64,000 nucleotides of DNA from Nitrospirales bacterium (GTDB lineage Bacteria; Nitrospirota; Nitrospiria; Nitrospirales; UBA8639), in contig CBDBCZ010000014.1 in NCBI GenBank assembly GCA_965203295.1, positions 608,001 to 672,000 on the forward strand, written 5' to 3'. This document shows, piece after piece, positions 36,201-48,957 of the stretch (the stretch's first letter is position 1; each line of letters begins with the position of its first letter). Position numbers and translations under genes: made by a program. The notes beneath the pieces are model-generated. The model was not told the DNA's origin. It was given only the letters and a program-made list of their open reading frames with translations, and made no database searches.

Positions 36201-38823
36201 CTACCCTCTCGCGGCCAAGGCCGTAGAAGAATCCTTCTATGTGGATGATGGCCTCACGGGAGCTGACTCAATTGAGGAAGCCATTGAGCTGCATGTTCAA
36301 CTACAGACACTCTTTGACAAGGGTGGATTCCTGCTGCGCAAGTGGAACTCCAGTGAGTATGCTGTCCTTCAACATATTGCGCACGAACTTCGTGATCAAC
36401 AGTCTATCCGTACCATATCGGAACCTGATGAATACACCAAGACCTTGGGAGTCGAGTGGAACGCGAATCTTGACCACTTTCGCCTGACTGTTGCAGAGCT
36501 CTCTCCTCAAGACAAATGGACCAAGCGCGCTCTTTCATCAGACATCGCGAAGACGTTTGATGTCCTTGGTTGGTTTGCTCCTGTCGTCATCAAGGCAAAG
36601 ATTCTTCTCCAGCGACTCTGGGAGGAAGGACTGGGATGGGATGACGCTGTGCCGCCCGCACTGGAGCAAGCCTGGCTAGAGTGGAGGCAAGAGCTTCGTC
36701 TGCTCGTGGACAAGCACATTCCCCGTTGTTACTACCCCAAGTCTGTGAAGATTGGTTACCGACAGCTCCACGGTTTCTCTGATGCATCCGAAGAAGCATA
36801 TGCCGGTGTGGTCTATTTTCGTTTCGTGGACACCACCGGATGTGTCCACACCTCTCTTGTCATGGCGAAAACTAAAGTGGCTCCCATCAAGAGACTTTCC
36901 ATTCCTCGACTGGAACTCTGTGGGGCATTTCTTCTCGCACAGTTGCTCAATCACTGCCAGACCGTCTTTAATCTTTCGACCGAAGACATCTTTGCATGGA
37001 CGGACAGCACTATTGTCCTCAGTTGGTTGGTCGGTAACCCCCGCCGATTCAAGACATTTGTTGGCAACAGAGTGTCGCTCATCTCCGATCTGGTTGCTCC
37101 CAGTCGCTGGAGTCACGTGGAGGGATTGGACAATCCAGCAGATTGTGCTTCCCGTGGTTTACTTCCATCTGAGCTCTTGTCTCATGCCTTATGGTGGAAT
37201 GGACCCAAGTGGCTTCAACTGGGAATTCACTGTTGGCCCAAGCCAGCCACTTTCAAGCCAAACGACCCTCCCGAGGAAGTCAACGAGATCTACTCACATG
37301 CTGCTGTTGTTCACACCAAGCCTGTTTTTCCATTGGATAGATTCTCGAGTTTCACCCGCCTCAAGAGAGTCACTGCCTGGATGCTGCGCTTCATTTTCAA
37401 CTGCCAGTCTCGTCGGGAGAAGTTAGCTCGAATGTCCGGTCCTCTCGCTGTGAGTGAACTGAACAAGGCTGTCACGTACTGGGTATCCTTGTCCCAGTCT
37501 GCTCACTTTGCGTCTGAAATTGTAGCTGTCAGGACACGCAATTCTCTTCCGAAAGCGAGTCCGTTACTTTCTTTGAACCCCTTCTTGGATGAAGCTGGTC
37601 TCCTCCGGGTTGGCGGCCGACAACAGAACTCGAATCTGATGTACGACAGACAGCATCCCATCATCCTACACTGGAAACACCCGATGAGCAAATTACTCAT
37701 CCGTACCGAGCATCTACGTCTCCTTCATGCTGGGCCTCTGCTTGTTGCAGCATCTCTTGGACGCCGCTTCTACATTGTGGGAGGACGTAAATCTATTCGC
37801 TCTACTACTCGTAGTTGTGTCATCTGCCGCCGCAAGTCTCTACGACCCCAACCTCCTATTATGGGCCAACTCCCTGCAGAACGAGTCACTCCTGATCTGG
37901 TCTTCAATCGTGTTGGAGTGGACTACGCAGGTCCAATCTACGTCAAGTACGGCTATGTCAGGAAACCCACGTTGGTCAAGGCGTATGTATGTGTGTTTGT
38001 TTCCCTCTCGGTGAAGGCTGTACATCTCGAGCTGGTGTCGGACTTGACAACAGAAGCCTTCGTAGCCTGCCTCCGTCGTTTCATTGCCCGACGAGGGAAA
38101 CCTTCTCTTGTCTGGAGCGACCATGGGTCCAACTTTGTGGGCGCTTCGAGACACCTCAAGGAACTTACGGAGTTTCTCCAACAACAGCAATCCCAAGAAG
38201 CTATTTCCAATTTCTGCTCTTCCCAGAATATTGTCTGGAAATTCATCCCAGAGAGAGCACCTCATTTTGGAGGTCTGTGGGAGGCTGCAGTGAAGAGCTT
38301 CAAGAAGCATCTCTCCCGTGTTGTGGGCGAAGTCAAGCTCACCTTTGAAGAGTTGACTACCGTGTTAGCCCAGATAGAGGCTTGTCTAAACAGTCGACCC
38401 TTGACTGCTTTACCCTGTGTCGAAGACAGCGAAGTTGCTGCACTCACCCCTGGACACTTTTTGATCGGCCGACCACTAGAGGCACTTCCAGACCCAGTCG
38501 ATTCCTTCCAGCCCCTCACCTTGCTGAAGAGATGGCATCTATGTCAAGCTCTAATCAGGCACTTTTGGAAGCGTTGGTCCACCGAATACCTTGCCAGTCT
38601 CCAAAAGGCAAACAAGTGGCGTACGTCAGCATCCTCCAAGATCTCAGTTGGAGATGTCGTTGTTATCCGCGAGGATGAGACCATCCCGGGACAATGGCCT
38701 CTGGCGAGGGTCATTCAGACGCATCCTGGGAAAGACGGAGTAATTCGAGTGGTGACTATAAGGACTGGCCGTGGCAACGTTTACACTAGGCCTGTTGTGA
38801 AAACTACTCTACTATTACCGTGA
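33298..38823 (+). CDS. BEL/Pao Gag-Pol polyprotein, 1841 aa (Gag, CCHC knuckles, aspartic protease, RT, RNase H, integrase)
   Basis: KLPKLDVPTFDG Gag motif, CLNCLRPGH and CRVCQKPHH knuckles, ILDSGS protease, VFDAS and FYVDD RT, LHGFSDAS and IPRLELCGA RNase H, GVDYAGP, SDHGSNF and GGLWEAAVKS integrase. Confidence 0.98.
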   Translation: MSEATQRSLSSNRKKRGVVRASITKLGSRVTELEAATSLPGTVDRARRLTTRLESLAEEFKLHHYSVIDLLDGEEDLAREQEIFDEQDEDVSQLALRLEGVISTCPASDPSQCKIATGRLKHLEKRLSSIFSSVTSFPADGDVCLLQQFEEQLSDFKTEFSDIHRGLISLDVDDTSELGGLLAHVEKAIFDRGLEIRRLLHSRSSSSSPSSVSDPTGVKLPKLDVPTFDGSILNWKTFWEQFSVAVHDRSNLTDAEKLAYLRHALKAGSAKSVIEGLSRSGEQYEEAITCLKSRYDRPRLIHQAHVRKILEIPNLKDGSGRELRRLHDTALQHLRALKSMGHEPSGPFITSMLELKLDVNTTFEWQRHSQSSTDVPHYKLLLEFINLRAQASEAAISDPTKKPFKSDPLPAKRNYRSVASFVASANSSPGSCVACKSENHPLYVCSRFKALSHAEKLSVLRTNSLCLNCLRPGHFVSSCKSLHKCRVCQKPHHTLLHLGERGSIPGPLTTAAASEVSVSTASSLPTNTVPASTPIATNAAVGIKSNLLLMTCRVLVESGDGSLMEARAILDSGSSASFVSERLTQCLRLPRFSQNTRITGVAGFVCNSAQHVTTFQVSSVHHPTKKFDVTAVVVPHVTSDLPLQPVPIDLKWDHLSDLQLADPHFGQPGRIDLLLGVEIFVEVMLHGRRCGIPGSPVAFETQFGWVLAGSTGVSALTQVATTHHATLLTGDDLLRSFWEVERIPAKECLTPDESAAVTHFEKRHTRLENGRFLVPLPKKAERKPLGESRSQAVRRFLAFERSLHSRGLFPEFKAVIEEYFTMDHAEPVPAVDLEKPPQSVFYLPMHAVRKQSSTTTKVRAVFDASAKTSTGISLNDTLLVGPTVHSSLVDVLLRFRLHRVALIADVSKMYRAIALTPSDRDLHRFVWRDSPDVPLKDCRMTRVTFGVSASSFIANMSVRQNALDHALAYPLAAKAVEESFYVDDGLTGADSIEEAIELHVQLQTLFDKGGFLLRKWNSSEYAVLQHIAHELRDQQSIRTISEPDEYTKTLGVEWNANLDHFRLTVAELSPQDKWTKRALSSDIAKTFDVLGWFAPVVIKAKILLQRLWEEGLGWDDAVPPALEQAWLEWRQELRLLVDKHIPRCYYPKSVKIGYRQLHGFSDASEEAYAGVVYFRFVDTTGCVHTSLVMAKTKVAPIKRLSIPRLELCGAFLLAQLLNHCQTVFNLSTEDIFAWTDSTIVLSWLVGNPRRFKTFVGNRVSLISDLVAPSRWSHVEGLDNPADCASRGLLPSELLSHALWWNGPKWLQLGIHCWPKPATFKPNDPPEEVNEIYSHAAVVHTKPVFPLDRFSSFTRLKRVTAWMLRFIFNCQSRREKLARMSGPLAVSELNKAVTYWVSLSQSAHFASEIVAVRTRNSLPKASPLLSLNPFLDEAGLLRVGGRQQNSNLMYDRQHPIILHWKHPMSKLLIRTEHLRLLHAGPLLVAASLGRRFYIVGGRKSIRSTTRSCVICRRKSLRPQPPIMGQLPAERVTPDLVFNRVGVDYAGPIYVKYGYVRKPTLVKAYVCVFVSLSVKAVHLELVSDLTTEAFVACLRRFIARRGKPSLVWSDHGSNFVGASRHLKELTEFLQQQQSQEAISNFCSSQNIVWKFIPERAPHFGGLWEAAVKSFKKHLSRVVGEVKLTFEELTTVLAQIEACLNSRPLTALPCVEDSEVAALTPGHFLIGRPLEALPDPVDSFQPLTLLKRWHLCQALIRHFWKRWSTEYLASLQKANKWRTSASSKISVGDVVVIREDETIPGQWPLARVIQTHPGKDGVIRVVTIRTGRGNVYTRPVVKTTLLLP

Positions 38824-39074
38824 AGACTGCAAGTCTTGGCCGGCGGTATGTTTGGAACTGTCATAGACTGCTAACTTTGTTTTGTTTACTCGCACCCTGT
38901 TGCTCTCATTGAACTTTGTCATCATTACGAGTTTTTTTCTCTGTAATGTTTTTTCGCTTATTTGGAAAAAAATGAGATTTTCTGGAGAGACTCTAGAGTG
39001 AAGTAATTTAGCATGAGTAGCTAGGCAGTTTGTATCTAGTAGCATCCGGGAGAGGAACCCAACAATGTGATATA

Positions 39075-39630
39075 CCATAAACTCTGGAGTACAAGTACAG
39101 GTACTTCTATTTGAAGATTGCGCATTTTCGTGGTACAGATTATGTGGGGTACTTATAATCATGGGGTACTTTTCAACGAGGTTAAATATATGGTAGTGCA
39201 ACAGTATGCACATTACACCTTGTAGTTTTGGTTTTAACAGTCACTTTTGTGTTTTCTTGACTTCACTGTACCTCTGTGATTGTCATACCAATGGTCTTAC
39301 ATGTGAGCGGTCTTTCTTTGCACTGAAGTGTATACTTGCGAGGCAGTTCTATGCCCCCCCCCCCCCCCCCCCCCCACCAACAGCCCATATGCCTTCTGAT
39401 GCAGACCTAGGTGGACCCAATACCGTCCTCACTATTCATGCTTAACTAGTTACACATGCACGGTTTATGCATCCCAGTTTACTTAGTAGTCTGATGGGTA
39501 CTTACATTCATTGGGTACTTTTATTTGCATGGGTACTACTATTCAAGAAGTGGATAGCAACTGGGTTCATGGGTACTTATATTCATAGGGTACTTGTATT
39601 TGATGGGTACTTATACTCCAGAGTTTATGG
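39075..39630. mobile_element. Tc1/mariner-pogo-like MITE (556 bp)
   Basis: TIR CCATAAACTCTGGAGTA(C/T)AAGTAC, TA on both flanks, subterminal GGGTACTT repeats. Confidence 0.75.
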
Positions 39631-42600
39631 TAACTGCGTTTACACTCCTCGTAGACGTGGTATATCCTATACTTATAAGGCTAAACAAACTTTCATCACA
39701 GCCTCTAGCTACCAGGGGGAATAGAGAGGAACCAAATTCCCAATTTTATTTCCACCTCTAATTAATTGTACACATTACTTTTCTTGTCTTTGCCTTTAGT
39801 GATTGCTGTGGAGCAGCCACAGCCCACTTTGAGATAGCACTTCAATAGTCGTGACAAATGGTTTTATTCCAAATTTAATGTGTCGGTTTTAATACATCAT
39901 GTTGGCCATAGGTTTTGTAACCTGGTAACACAAAGACAAGTTAGGTATTCCTAGCTAATTGAAAATCTGTCTCTTTACTGCAAAAATACCGACAGCACAG
40001 CCTCTAACTACCGGAGAGAATGGAGAGGAATCAGCTTCCAATTTAATATCCCACTCTAATTAATGGCACACATTACTTTTTTGTGTTTGCACAATGTAAC
40101 TGTAGAGATTGCACTCATGTTAACACAATGATTCTTTAGGGAAAGTAGACTGGACAAACTGTAAGAACAAGCAAGTTATACAGTAAACAATCGCAGTAAG
40201 CTGTTTCAGAAGGAACCGCATAAGGTACAATACCCTGACAGCCCGCTTTGAAATCACACAAAGTCAGGCAAGGTATTCCTAGCTAATTGGGAATCTGTTT
40301 CTTTATTGCAAAGATACCAACAGCACAGCTTCTAGCTACCAGAGAGAATGGAGAGGAACCAGCTTCCCAATTTCATCCCCCACTCTAATAAATTGTACAC
40401 ATTACTTTTCTTGTGATTGCAAAATGTTACTTCAGGAATTGCAGGTACGAAACATAGGAAAAATTAGTCACACAGAACACAACTTCAATATAAAACCGTG
40501 GAATGAACCATCTAAAAAGCACTGTAGTAACCGTGCCTTATATTGACAAGAAAAATTATAGACGACTGTCAACATTAACGAGAAGCATCTTGAGGAGGAG
40601 TAGATCGTTATAAGGCTAAACGAACTTTCATTACAGCCTCTAGCTACCTATATGTAGGAGAATGGAGAGGAACCAAATTCCCAATTTCATTTCCAACTCT
40701 AATTAATTGTACACATTACCTTTCTTGTGTTTGCCATTAGTGATTGCTAAAATGCAACATAGGTGGGAGATAATTAGTCACACAGAACACAACTTCAATA
40801 AGCAAAGTGGAATGAGCCATTAATAATCAACAGTTGAAGAAACGTCTAATAAGGAACCGTGTCTTGTACTGATAGCCAACTTTGAGATCAGTGTATTCCT
40901 AGCAGAGAGAATTGGAGCAGTTAGTGCTTCCCAAATAATTGCCTACTCTGGTAAGTGCATACTTTACTCTCCACATGTGAACACAATGATTCTTTAGGGA
41001 AAGAAGACAGGATAAATGTGAAAACAAACCAAATTATATGCAGTACAAAATCGTAATACGCTGCTCTAGATGGAACCGTGTAAGGAACCAAGTCAGGAAC
41101 ACTACCCCTGACAGCCCACTTTGAGATAGCACTTCAATACCTGAAGAAGGGTGGACACCAAAAGCCACAACCTCTCTCTACCAGAGAGAATTGGAGCAGC
41201 TACTGCTTCCTAATTTCATCCCCGCCCTACATCTATTACTTTTCATATGTTCTCACAATGATCTGCTAGAGATATTCGGTACAAACAATAGGTGGTAAAC
41301 AACTAGTAAATTAATACAGTATACAACATCAGCAAGCAACTCTAGAAAGAACCGTGTAAGGATTCGTACCACTAAGAGCCCACTCCGTGAAATATTGTAT
41401 TTGAAGAATTGAAGTAAGGATATTCCTTTGCACAACTAATAGGAAATCAGTCCTGGCATTTTGAAGATGCTAAGAGCCACACTCTCTAGCTACCAGGGAG
41501 AAAAAATAATTGACTGCTTCACAAACACATCCCAGCTCTAATTTAACGTTCATAGTTCTCCTTTAAAAGACAGCAGACAGAACAAAATGTGAAAATAGAC
41601 AAACTATGCAGTACCTAATCGCGGCAAGCAGCTCTAGAAGGAATCATGTAAGCAACCATGTACAGTAAAAAAATGCAGAAAAAAGTGGAATTTCCTGAAA
41701 CGTGTTACAAGGAAATTTGACAGAAAATCTGGTATTTCAGGTACAATTTAAGGTAGTATAGGATAGGGCAGAATTTCATGATTTTAAAGGAAATTCTACC
41801 CTATCCTATACTGTCCTGTACCTAAACTGCCAGATTTCCTGTCAAATTTCCCTGTAACGCATTCCACTTTATTTCTGCATGCGCGCGGCACCCCTGACAG
41901 CCCACGTTGAGATCACACAAAGTCAGGCAAGGTACGCATTCCTAGCTAATTGGGAATCTGTCTCTGTATTCCAGAGATACCAAAAGCCACAGCCTCTAGC
42001 TACCAGAGAGAGAGGAAAAGTAACAGCTTCCCCACTCTAAGTAAGCATATACGTACACACTCCTTATCTCATGCAGTTAATTCAGAGAGTGAGAAACAAT
42101 TATGGTCTATGTAGTTATATCTCTAGAGATTACAACTTCAGTAAGCAACGCATGGTTAAACTCAAATCTTGTAAGAAAATGTCCTACATACTGACAGCCC
42201 CCTTTCACATCGCACTAGAAGAATAATTAAACTAAAGGTGGGAATCCGTCTCTGTACTATATAAATACCAAGAGCCACATTTCTGGGATTATAGTTTACA
42301 CCAGGATAAACAGTCTGAAAATAACCTTGGCTTAGAGGTTGAGTGCTTCTGTATATATGTCTGTTGAACAGGCAACCTTGGTACAATGTCACTGCTTCAT
42401 AGAAATCCCTCTTAGGTTATAATAGCTACCCTCATTATTGGCCAGGAATATGTATAAGAGCAACCGAAAAGTGATTACTAAGAAATAGCGACATTGCACC
42501 TCAGGGTGCCTGCTTGCCGGACATACATCACCCTCTAAGCCTACAGTACAACATTGCTTACTAATGAAAGTCTATAACTATTGTAGCTCACCTATATTTT

Positions 42601-45055
42601 GTACCTGCATACAATCTCTGAATTAAGTTAAACATTATGCGAGTAAGAAAAGTATGCTATACTAGAGTGTGGAATGAAATTGGGAAGCTGTTACCTCTCC
42701 ATTTTCTCTGGTAGCTAGAGGCTGTGGCTCTTCACTCTTAGAAATAAAGTGGTCAAAACACACTTATTTAGGTTGGCGGTAGGGTGTCACACAGCACACC
42801 AGGTCACCTGTTTTTAGGTTGTGTGTGAGTCTCAGAGTGGGTGAACATTCAATAACTCCTGTTCTGTAAAATTTCATAACATCAATTGTGTTCTGTGTGA
42901 CTAATATCCCCCCACCTATGTTTTGTGCCTGCAATCTCTGAAGTAACAATGTGCAAACACAAGAAAAGTAATGTTTAATTCAAGTACGATATCTCCGGGT
43001 GGGCTGTCAGAAGTATGGTTTCTTACACGGTTCCTTCTACAATTGCTAACTGAAGTGATATGTTTTGCATACTGTCTGTACATGATGGTTGTGTTTACAC
43101 AAGAAAAGTTATGTGTGTGCTTATCAATTAGAGTGGGGAATTATTTTGGAAGTAGTAACTGCTTCAAGTATCTCTTGTAGTTAGCGGTTGCGGCATTATT
43201 TGTTGATTCTCACATTTTGTTATGTCATTCTGCTGTCTGTAAGGAACTATTGCATGAACAAAAGTGAAGTAATGTGTTCTGTGTGCACATTATCAGCGTG
43301 AAGATTTAAATAGGAAGCTGTTACTATTCTTCAGGTACGATTAATTTAGAGGCTTCACAGTAATCACTTTTCAAAGTTGTGTGTTTTATAAGACTGGCAA
43401 ATAGGAACCCTTGGGATGTATAGAAATTTCAATACCCTCAAGAACCATACTCTTTCATACCCTTGGAAAATTATGCTATTATGTTTTAAACCAGTCCTAA
43501 TAGTCAGGAAACAGCTTTGATTTAGAGGTTGAGTACTTTTTAAGTACGGCGAACAGGCTTCCATACTTATGTGAAACAGAATGTACAATTACAGCAAATC
43601 CAGTGAACAGGATCCTTGACTGTTTCACAGTACTAAGGGAGCCAGTTCGTTGTATTTACAAAAGTACTCAACATCTAAGCCTGACTATTAGGATTTACGG
43701 TATTCCATTGTATAACTAATTGGGAATTGGTACTGAACACTTTACATTTTTGAGAGTAGCTACTTGAGAATAATTACTGTCATTTGTGTCACTCGTTGTT
43801 GTTAATTCACAGTAAACGTACACGCATGTCACATATCACTGCTAGGAAGCAAGCGCTCACTCAGGCTCGCCCTAAGATGCCCTGCATCTCCCTAGCACTG
43901 CGTCCAATTGCAGTAAGCAACGTCTGAAGAAACCATGTATAGAACCTTACCCCTGACAGCCCACTTTGAGATCACACAAAGACAGGGAAGGTATAGTCCT
44001 GGCTAATTGGAAATCTGTCTCTGTGCTTCAAAAATACCAAAAGCTTCAACTTCTAAAACAAGTGACAATTAGATAAGTGATTGCTACTGCGTTAATATTT
44101 AACAAACAATGCAGTGTATGACAGTGGTAAGCAACCCTAGAAGGAACTGTGTAAGGAACCAAGACAAATCATGAAAGCAAGATGAGATTTTGGGCATTTC
44201 TTAGTCTTGAGAGGGGTATATTGATTACAGAGACAGTGAAAAACAGAATTCTATATGAAGCACTACTAAATGGTTGGTAGCTCGGCAGAGATTTAGAAAT
44301 GAAGTGCAGGAGAGTAAAGCAGGAAAGGAACAGAGCAAGCAGCTCAGATCGATCTAGAGTCAGTAGTGGTGCTGAGCATAGTTTGGAAGCTCCAGAAGAA
44401 AGAGGAGGCAAGATGATTGACGAGGAAGAAATGAGCAAAGAATGTTTCATACTCACCCTCCATGCTTAGAAGTAGCTAAATCTTGTGTAACCATGCCAGA
44501 TAGCGCTGAGCATGGCAGTGTGCATTGACCTGCTACCGAAAGGTTGATTGGCTTTATATATAAAGTCGTAGGCATTGAGTGCCAGGGTGCACTCCTCCCC
44601 GAGTGAGTCAGGCACATGTCCAATCATTTTGTAATGATCCTCAGCCTCTGTATTTTACTAACACTAGTGTCTTTGGCTGTCCCTCACACTTGGCTCTTGG
44701 TATATATGCCATTGTGGAGTAATTTATTGAGTCATACTAGTTTCAGTTGGAGAATCAGTAATGGTTTATGGTGCTGATGATGTTGCTGCTAATAATTTAC
44801 CTTACGGTCACCTTAAATGAAGCTACTGTATTCCCTGCTAAGCTTTACACTCACCAACATGCACTCACTCAGAAAGCCACACTTCTTGAGGATCTTCGCA
44901 GTTGCTCTGCAGCGACGCAAGACCGTACACTAGCGTGAGACTATATTAAAGCTTACTACAGTACTAACGATTAGCATGCACGTGAGAAGTCAGCTCCTCC
45001 CTCCCGTTACTGCTAGAACCGCAGCCCGCAGTCTGTACACAAATATTAATATGTA

Positions 45056-45420
45056 CTAGTGATACACAATGTGCAGGGATGTCCTCGCTTCGCGAGAATT
45101 GCTGGGTGTGGCACATATATTTTGTGGCACGCCTACCAAGCAGAAAAAGGTCAAACGTAGCAGGGCACGCCTACAACCCCAAATAAAAAATGGCTACGTG
45201 TAATAATGCGCCTGGAAGACCACAGGCTGAAGCAGGCCCGCTGTAATAGTGAGCGCTTCCAAGTCTCTCGTACAGAGTTCTGTAACGAAGGTAAGTGTTT
45301 GCTGCGAGTTTGGTAGGCTATATATCTGGAGAAGTGGCTGGGAGGGACGTGGACCATGACGACGACGACGACGACGAAAAAGGTCAATGGAACCGGAGTA
45401 TAGCCTCGCTTCGCTCGGAA
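45056..45420 (-). mobile_element. Non-autonomous Helitron-like element (365 bp)
   Basis: Present only in the right arm. Minus strand reads TT...CTAG, inserted at A|T with no TSD, with an internal (GTC)n tract. Confidence 0.75.
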
Positions 45421-46009
45421 TAACACATCAACTTTATAGACATAAGATGATTACAAGTGGCATTGATATGCACCACTGGCTTCAAGGCAGTTCATGGATT
45501 TCAATTTCTTGAGTGTTTCCTGCAAATGAAAAAACAGACACTTGTGGTAGAACCGAGGTGGGATAGGACTACGACCTCCGAGGATCACTCCCATAGACTC
45601 TATAGTCGCAACTGCAGTCATCTCGATCCGTACCTGTTAATGTATCTACTTAGAAGTTAGAATTGTCCACAGTAGCAAAACATCATACTGTTTCCCATGG
45701 TTCTAAACAACAGTGGGCCAAGGAGTGAAAAAATGCTATATACCTTAAATTAATTACCAGGTCCACACCATTGGACATTAACAAGAAAGTCTTTATCTTC
45801 ATGTACCCAAATAAGCAGAGGGCTTGGAATAAGCTTACAAAAGTGCCAGTTGACAATCAATAGCACAACAGGAGAGGCCTTGTGCAAATGGACAAATCAG
45901 TGCAATCACTAGCTGGTCAAGATCATGACTGCAATGGTAACTATATACACACTTACAGAGACTATGGGAGTGGCCCTCATTCAGTCCATTAAATACCCAC
46001 ACATTAAAC

Positions 46010-48957
46010 CTACAAGGCCTCTGCCCAACTTTTGCTGCGAGAGAGCCTGGGGACAAAGCTGCATAAACCAATGGCAGTAGAAACTACATCTACATACCAG
46101 TGTGAACAGGCGAAGTGTATTAGCAGCAGCACCAAGCCTGCAATTATCGACGGAGTTGCTGTCACAATGTACGCAATGCCCAAGAACAGGTTCCGTCCAC
46201 CTAGCCAGGAGATCTCAGCAAGGAAGAGAGATTTGGTCCCTTTATATTCACGAACAGGGTAGTCTGCTGTAGGTTAAGGAAACTGGCTGATAACTTTAAC
46301 TTACACTGAGCAAACAACTTTCAGAGATATACACATACCTGCATATGCACCTTAAGAATCTCAGTTTGAACTGGCTAAGTGATTTATACTAGCTAGATGC
46401 ATGCTACATAGCTACCACACAGAGAGGAGCCAACATATACATCACCAGCAAATGGCTACCAAGCAAGGGGTCACTTAAATATCTTGTCCACTTCATTATG
46501 TACAAGAACTTTAGTAAGCTGTTTTAGCGATGACATCATGCTTCAAGTTAGACTAATATGTGGCAGTCCCATGAACATTATTCTACCAAGATTGTCACTG
46601 CATTCAATGTCTTATATTGCTTATTTTCTGTTAATGGGTGGGGCTCAGATGCACAGTGTACATGGAACAACTACTGATGCAACGACACATAACATTTGAG
46701 CCCTACCCATAACAGTCATTGTGTTCTGCACTAATGTAGTGACATGATCAAAATATGCAACTGAATACGTTCACTTTCCAACTAGGACCACAGTCATACA
46801 CGCTAGCCTCCTCCCCATGCCTCAACCCAGTTTTAGTCACTTGCAGTATGAAATGTGGGGAGCTTAGGAACGAGGCCACGTACAATGTATACGACTATTG
46901 CATTAATATGAAGGATACTGTAAGTGAGAAAGATGGAGTCGTTTCCTGCAGGGAGATTAATATCACTGGAACCACTCTCTTGCAGTCGGCCATACAGTTT
47001 GCGGAATTTTGGAACTACTGACACACGAAACCAAACAATAAAGCTCTCGCTCTCCAGTCCCCCAGGAATTTCTGAAAGAACATACGGCCAGTTGGGGGGC
47101 ATGGTGGTGTCAACAAGATCCTCAGGGCTGACCTCAGGGGCGCCGTTTGGGTTTTGGAAGCGAACACTACGGTCAGTATCCCAGGCAAAGTTGGTTCTAT
47201 TACAGCAGGTCATGTTCTCACCCGTATCACGATTCATGAACATATCAAATGAGTCTAGAAGGAGAGACAAACACAATAATAATTTACACAGCCCACATAC
47301 TTAAACTCAGACGTCTACATGAACAAGGACAAACTACACACAGGTGTGTTCAGGAATTTTACTATGCACGCACGATCCACTCTAATCACTACATTGGAGT
47401 GCACAAAACATTGTGACTGTTCACATTTTGCCAGATCTAGAAAAGCATTGTATTAACATTTTAAAAGTGAGATGGGCCATCACTGAAGATGCAGTATGGT
47501 GAAGCAAAAGTCATATACGTACATGTAGATATCTAGTAATCCATCAAAACCAAAATCTGCATTTGGCGTTAGAAATTTCTTTGGAAGGTTCGCTCCCACA
47601 ATATTTGCTAGTAGACTCAGAGAGTCCATGCATTGTTTCTAGTGGAAATTCCACTCCACTCACAACAAACAATCTACTAATTAATCCTGACCCTAAGTAA
47701 GCAAACTTGTTAAAGTATGCTCACCATTGAACAAGCTGTTTGCAATGAGTCCACAAGGTACAACAGGCATACGTGTGCCATTAGTGTTCTCAACATTCCG
47801 TATGGGGTTACAGTCACCGGAGGGGTTCAAGAAGCTCCCTCAATTTCCTCGCAGCTGTTTCACATCCCAGGAGTTGACGTAGCGACGGTGGTTCTGGAAG
47901 TAGTTGCCAAGACCACAGTACATGTACCATGGAGAGCGCAGCTCCTCCGGGACAGTGAAATTCACCCGGCAGTGGCAGTCTTCAAAATCATGCCTCTCAA
48001 TGTTACTTAGAGCACTTGTATTGGCCAGCTACTCGGAACATGTCTGGAAGTTACATATGAAAGGGACATCACTGGGAACTGGTTCACAATTAGTATAGGG
48101 AATTTCCACCTCACGTATCTGAGTATAGATGGGATGTAAAAACAACAGTATACAACAACAGCAGTGGAATACTAATATTATCAGTAGAAATTGGCTTGAG
48201 TCTTACTATAAAGTAACGCCACATACACATGTACATGTACATGCCAACAGGGTGATATATGTATGGCCAAGTGTACTGTTAGCTTAAAGCTACAGTGCTC
48301 AACGGGTATTCCCTATAGAGGACACCTTGTTTCCATGTGTGATCTTAATTGAATCTCTATTATATAAAATTTTTATAGCTCTCCAAAATATGTACACATC
48401 GCCACTCCATATTTTCTGGCCTCAACAGTACCTACTATAGACTGTACAAACTCCACCGATAGTGCAGACTGTAAATCACCTACTATAGAGTAGGCGATTT
48501 GACGCTTCATCAACACTAATATTGATAGTGCTAGTCTCAGGGATGGTACAGAGAACGAGGCTAAACTACCAGAGTTGGTTAGGCCAGTGCCCAAGATACA
48601 AGCCGGTTAGACCATGTCTACTGGCGGGCTGTAAAGTAAATACACACACAATCCCTCGGGTTTCACCCTTGGAATTACGTGATAATGCTTAGGATAAACC
48701 ATGGTCTAAGTAACATGTAGCTCGTGGTTAATGGTTAAGACTTGACTGGTATAATTCAGAGGGCTCTTACTTGAATCTACATGTACATGCAAATAAACAT
48801 CACTGTTATGTTAGGTCACTTACCCTCATTGCAACAACGAGAAAGGTAACTCCGAGAGCAAGGAAGATCACCCCAACAATGAAGAAGACAAAAGACACAT
48901 GACGGGCTGTGAAGAGAGGACGGCACGCTGGAATCTGCTGCTGCACCCACTTGTTCT
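46010..48957 (-). pseudogene. CDC50A: CDC50/TMEM30 copy B, with nonsense mutations
   Basis: Mirror of copy A. Frame intact at IREVEIPYTNC with a canonical GTAAGT donor, but in-frame TAG (48029-48031) and TGA (47840-47842). Confidence 0.9.

Larger units (their letters stand above)
32948..39064 (+). mobile_element. Full-length BEL/Pao LTR retrotransposon
   Basis: 216 bp LTRs (TG...CA) at 32948-33163 and 38849-39064, 5 bp TSD ATGTG on both sides, PBS and a single gag-pol ORF. Confidence 0.98.
32258..39672. mobile_element. Older hairpin-rich non-autonomous element (possibly Crypton-like) hosting the BEL/Pao element and the MITE
   Basis: Satellite breaks after CGTTATA (32257) and resumes at TTATAAGG (39673). 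39 bp inverted repeats at 32609-32647 and 39634-39672. CCGAGGCGTAGCCGAGG-centred hairpins at 32540-32720. Confidence 0.55.

Noticed and set aside
33361..38678. Many short ORFs overlapping the Gag-Pol ORF
   Set aside because: Alternative-frame and antisense shadows of a long GC-balanced coding sequence.
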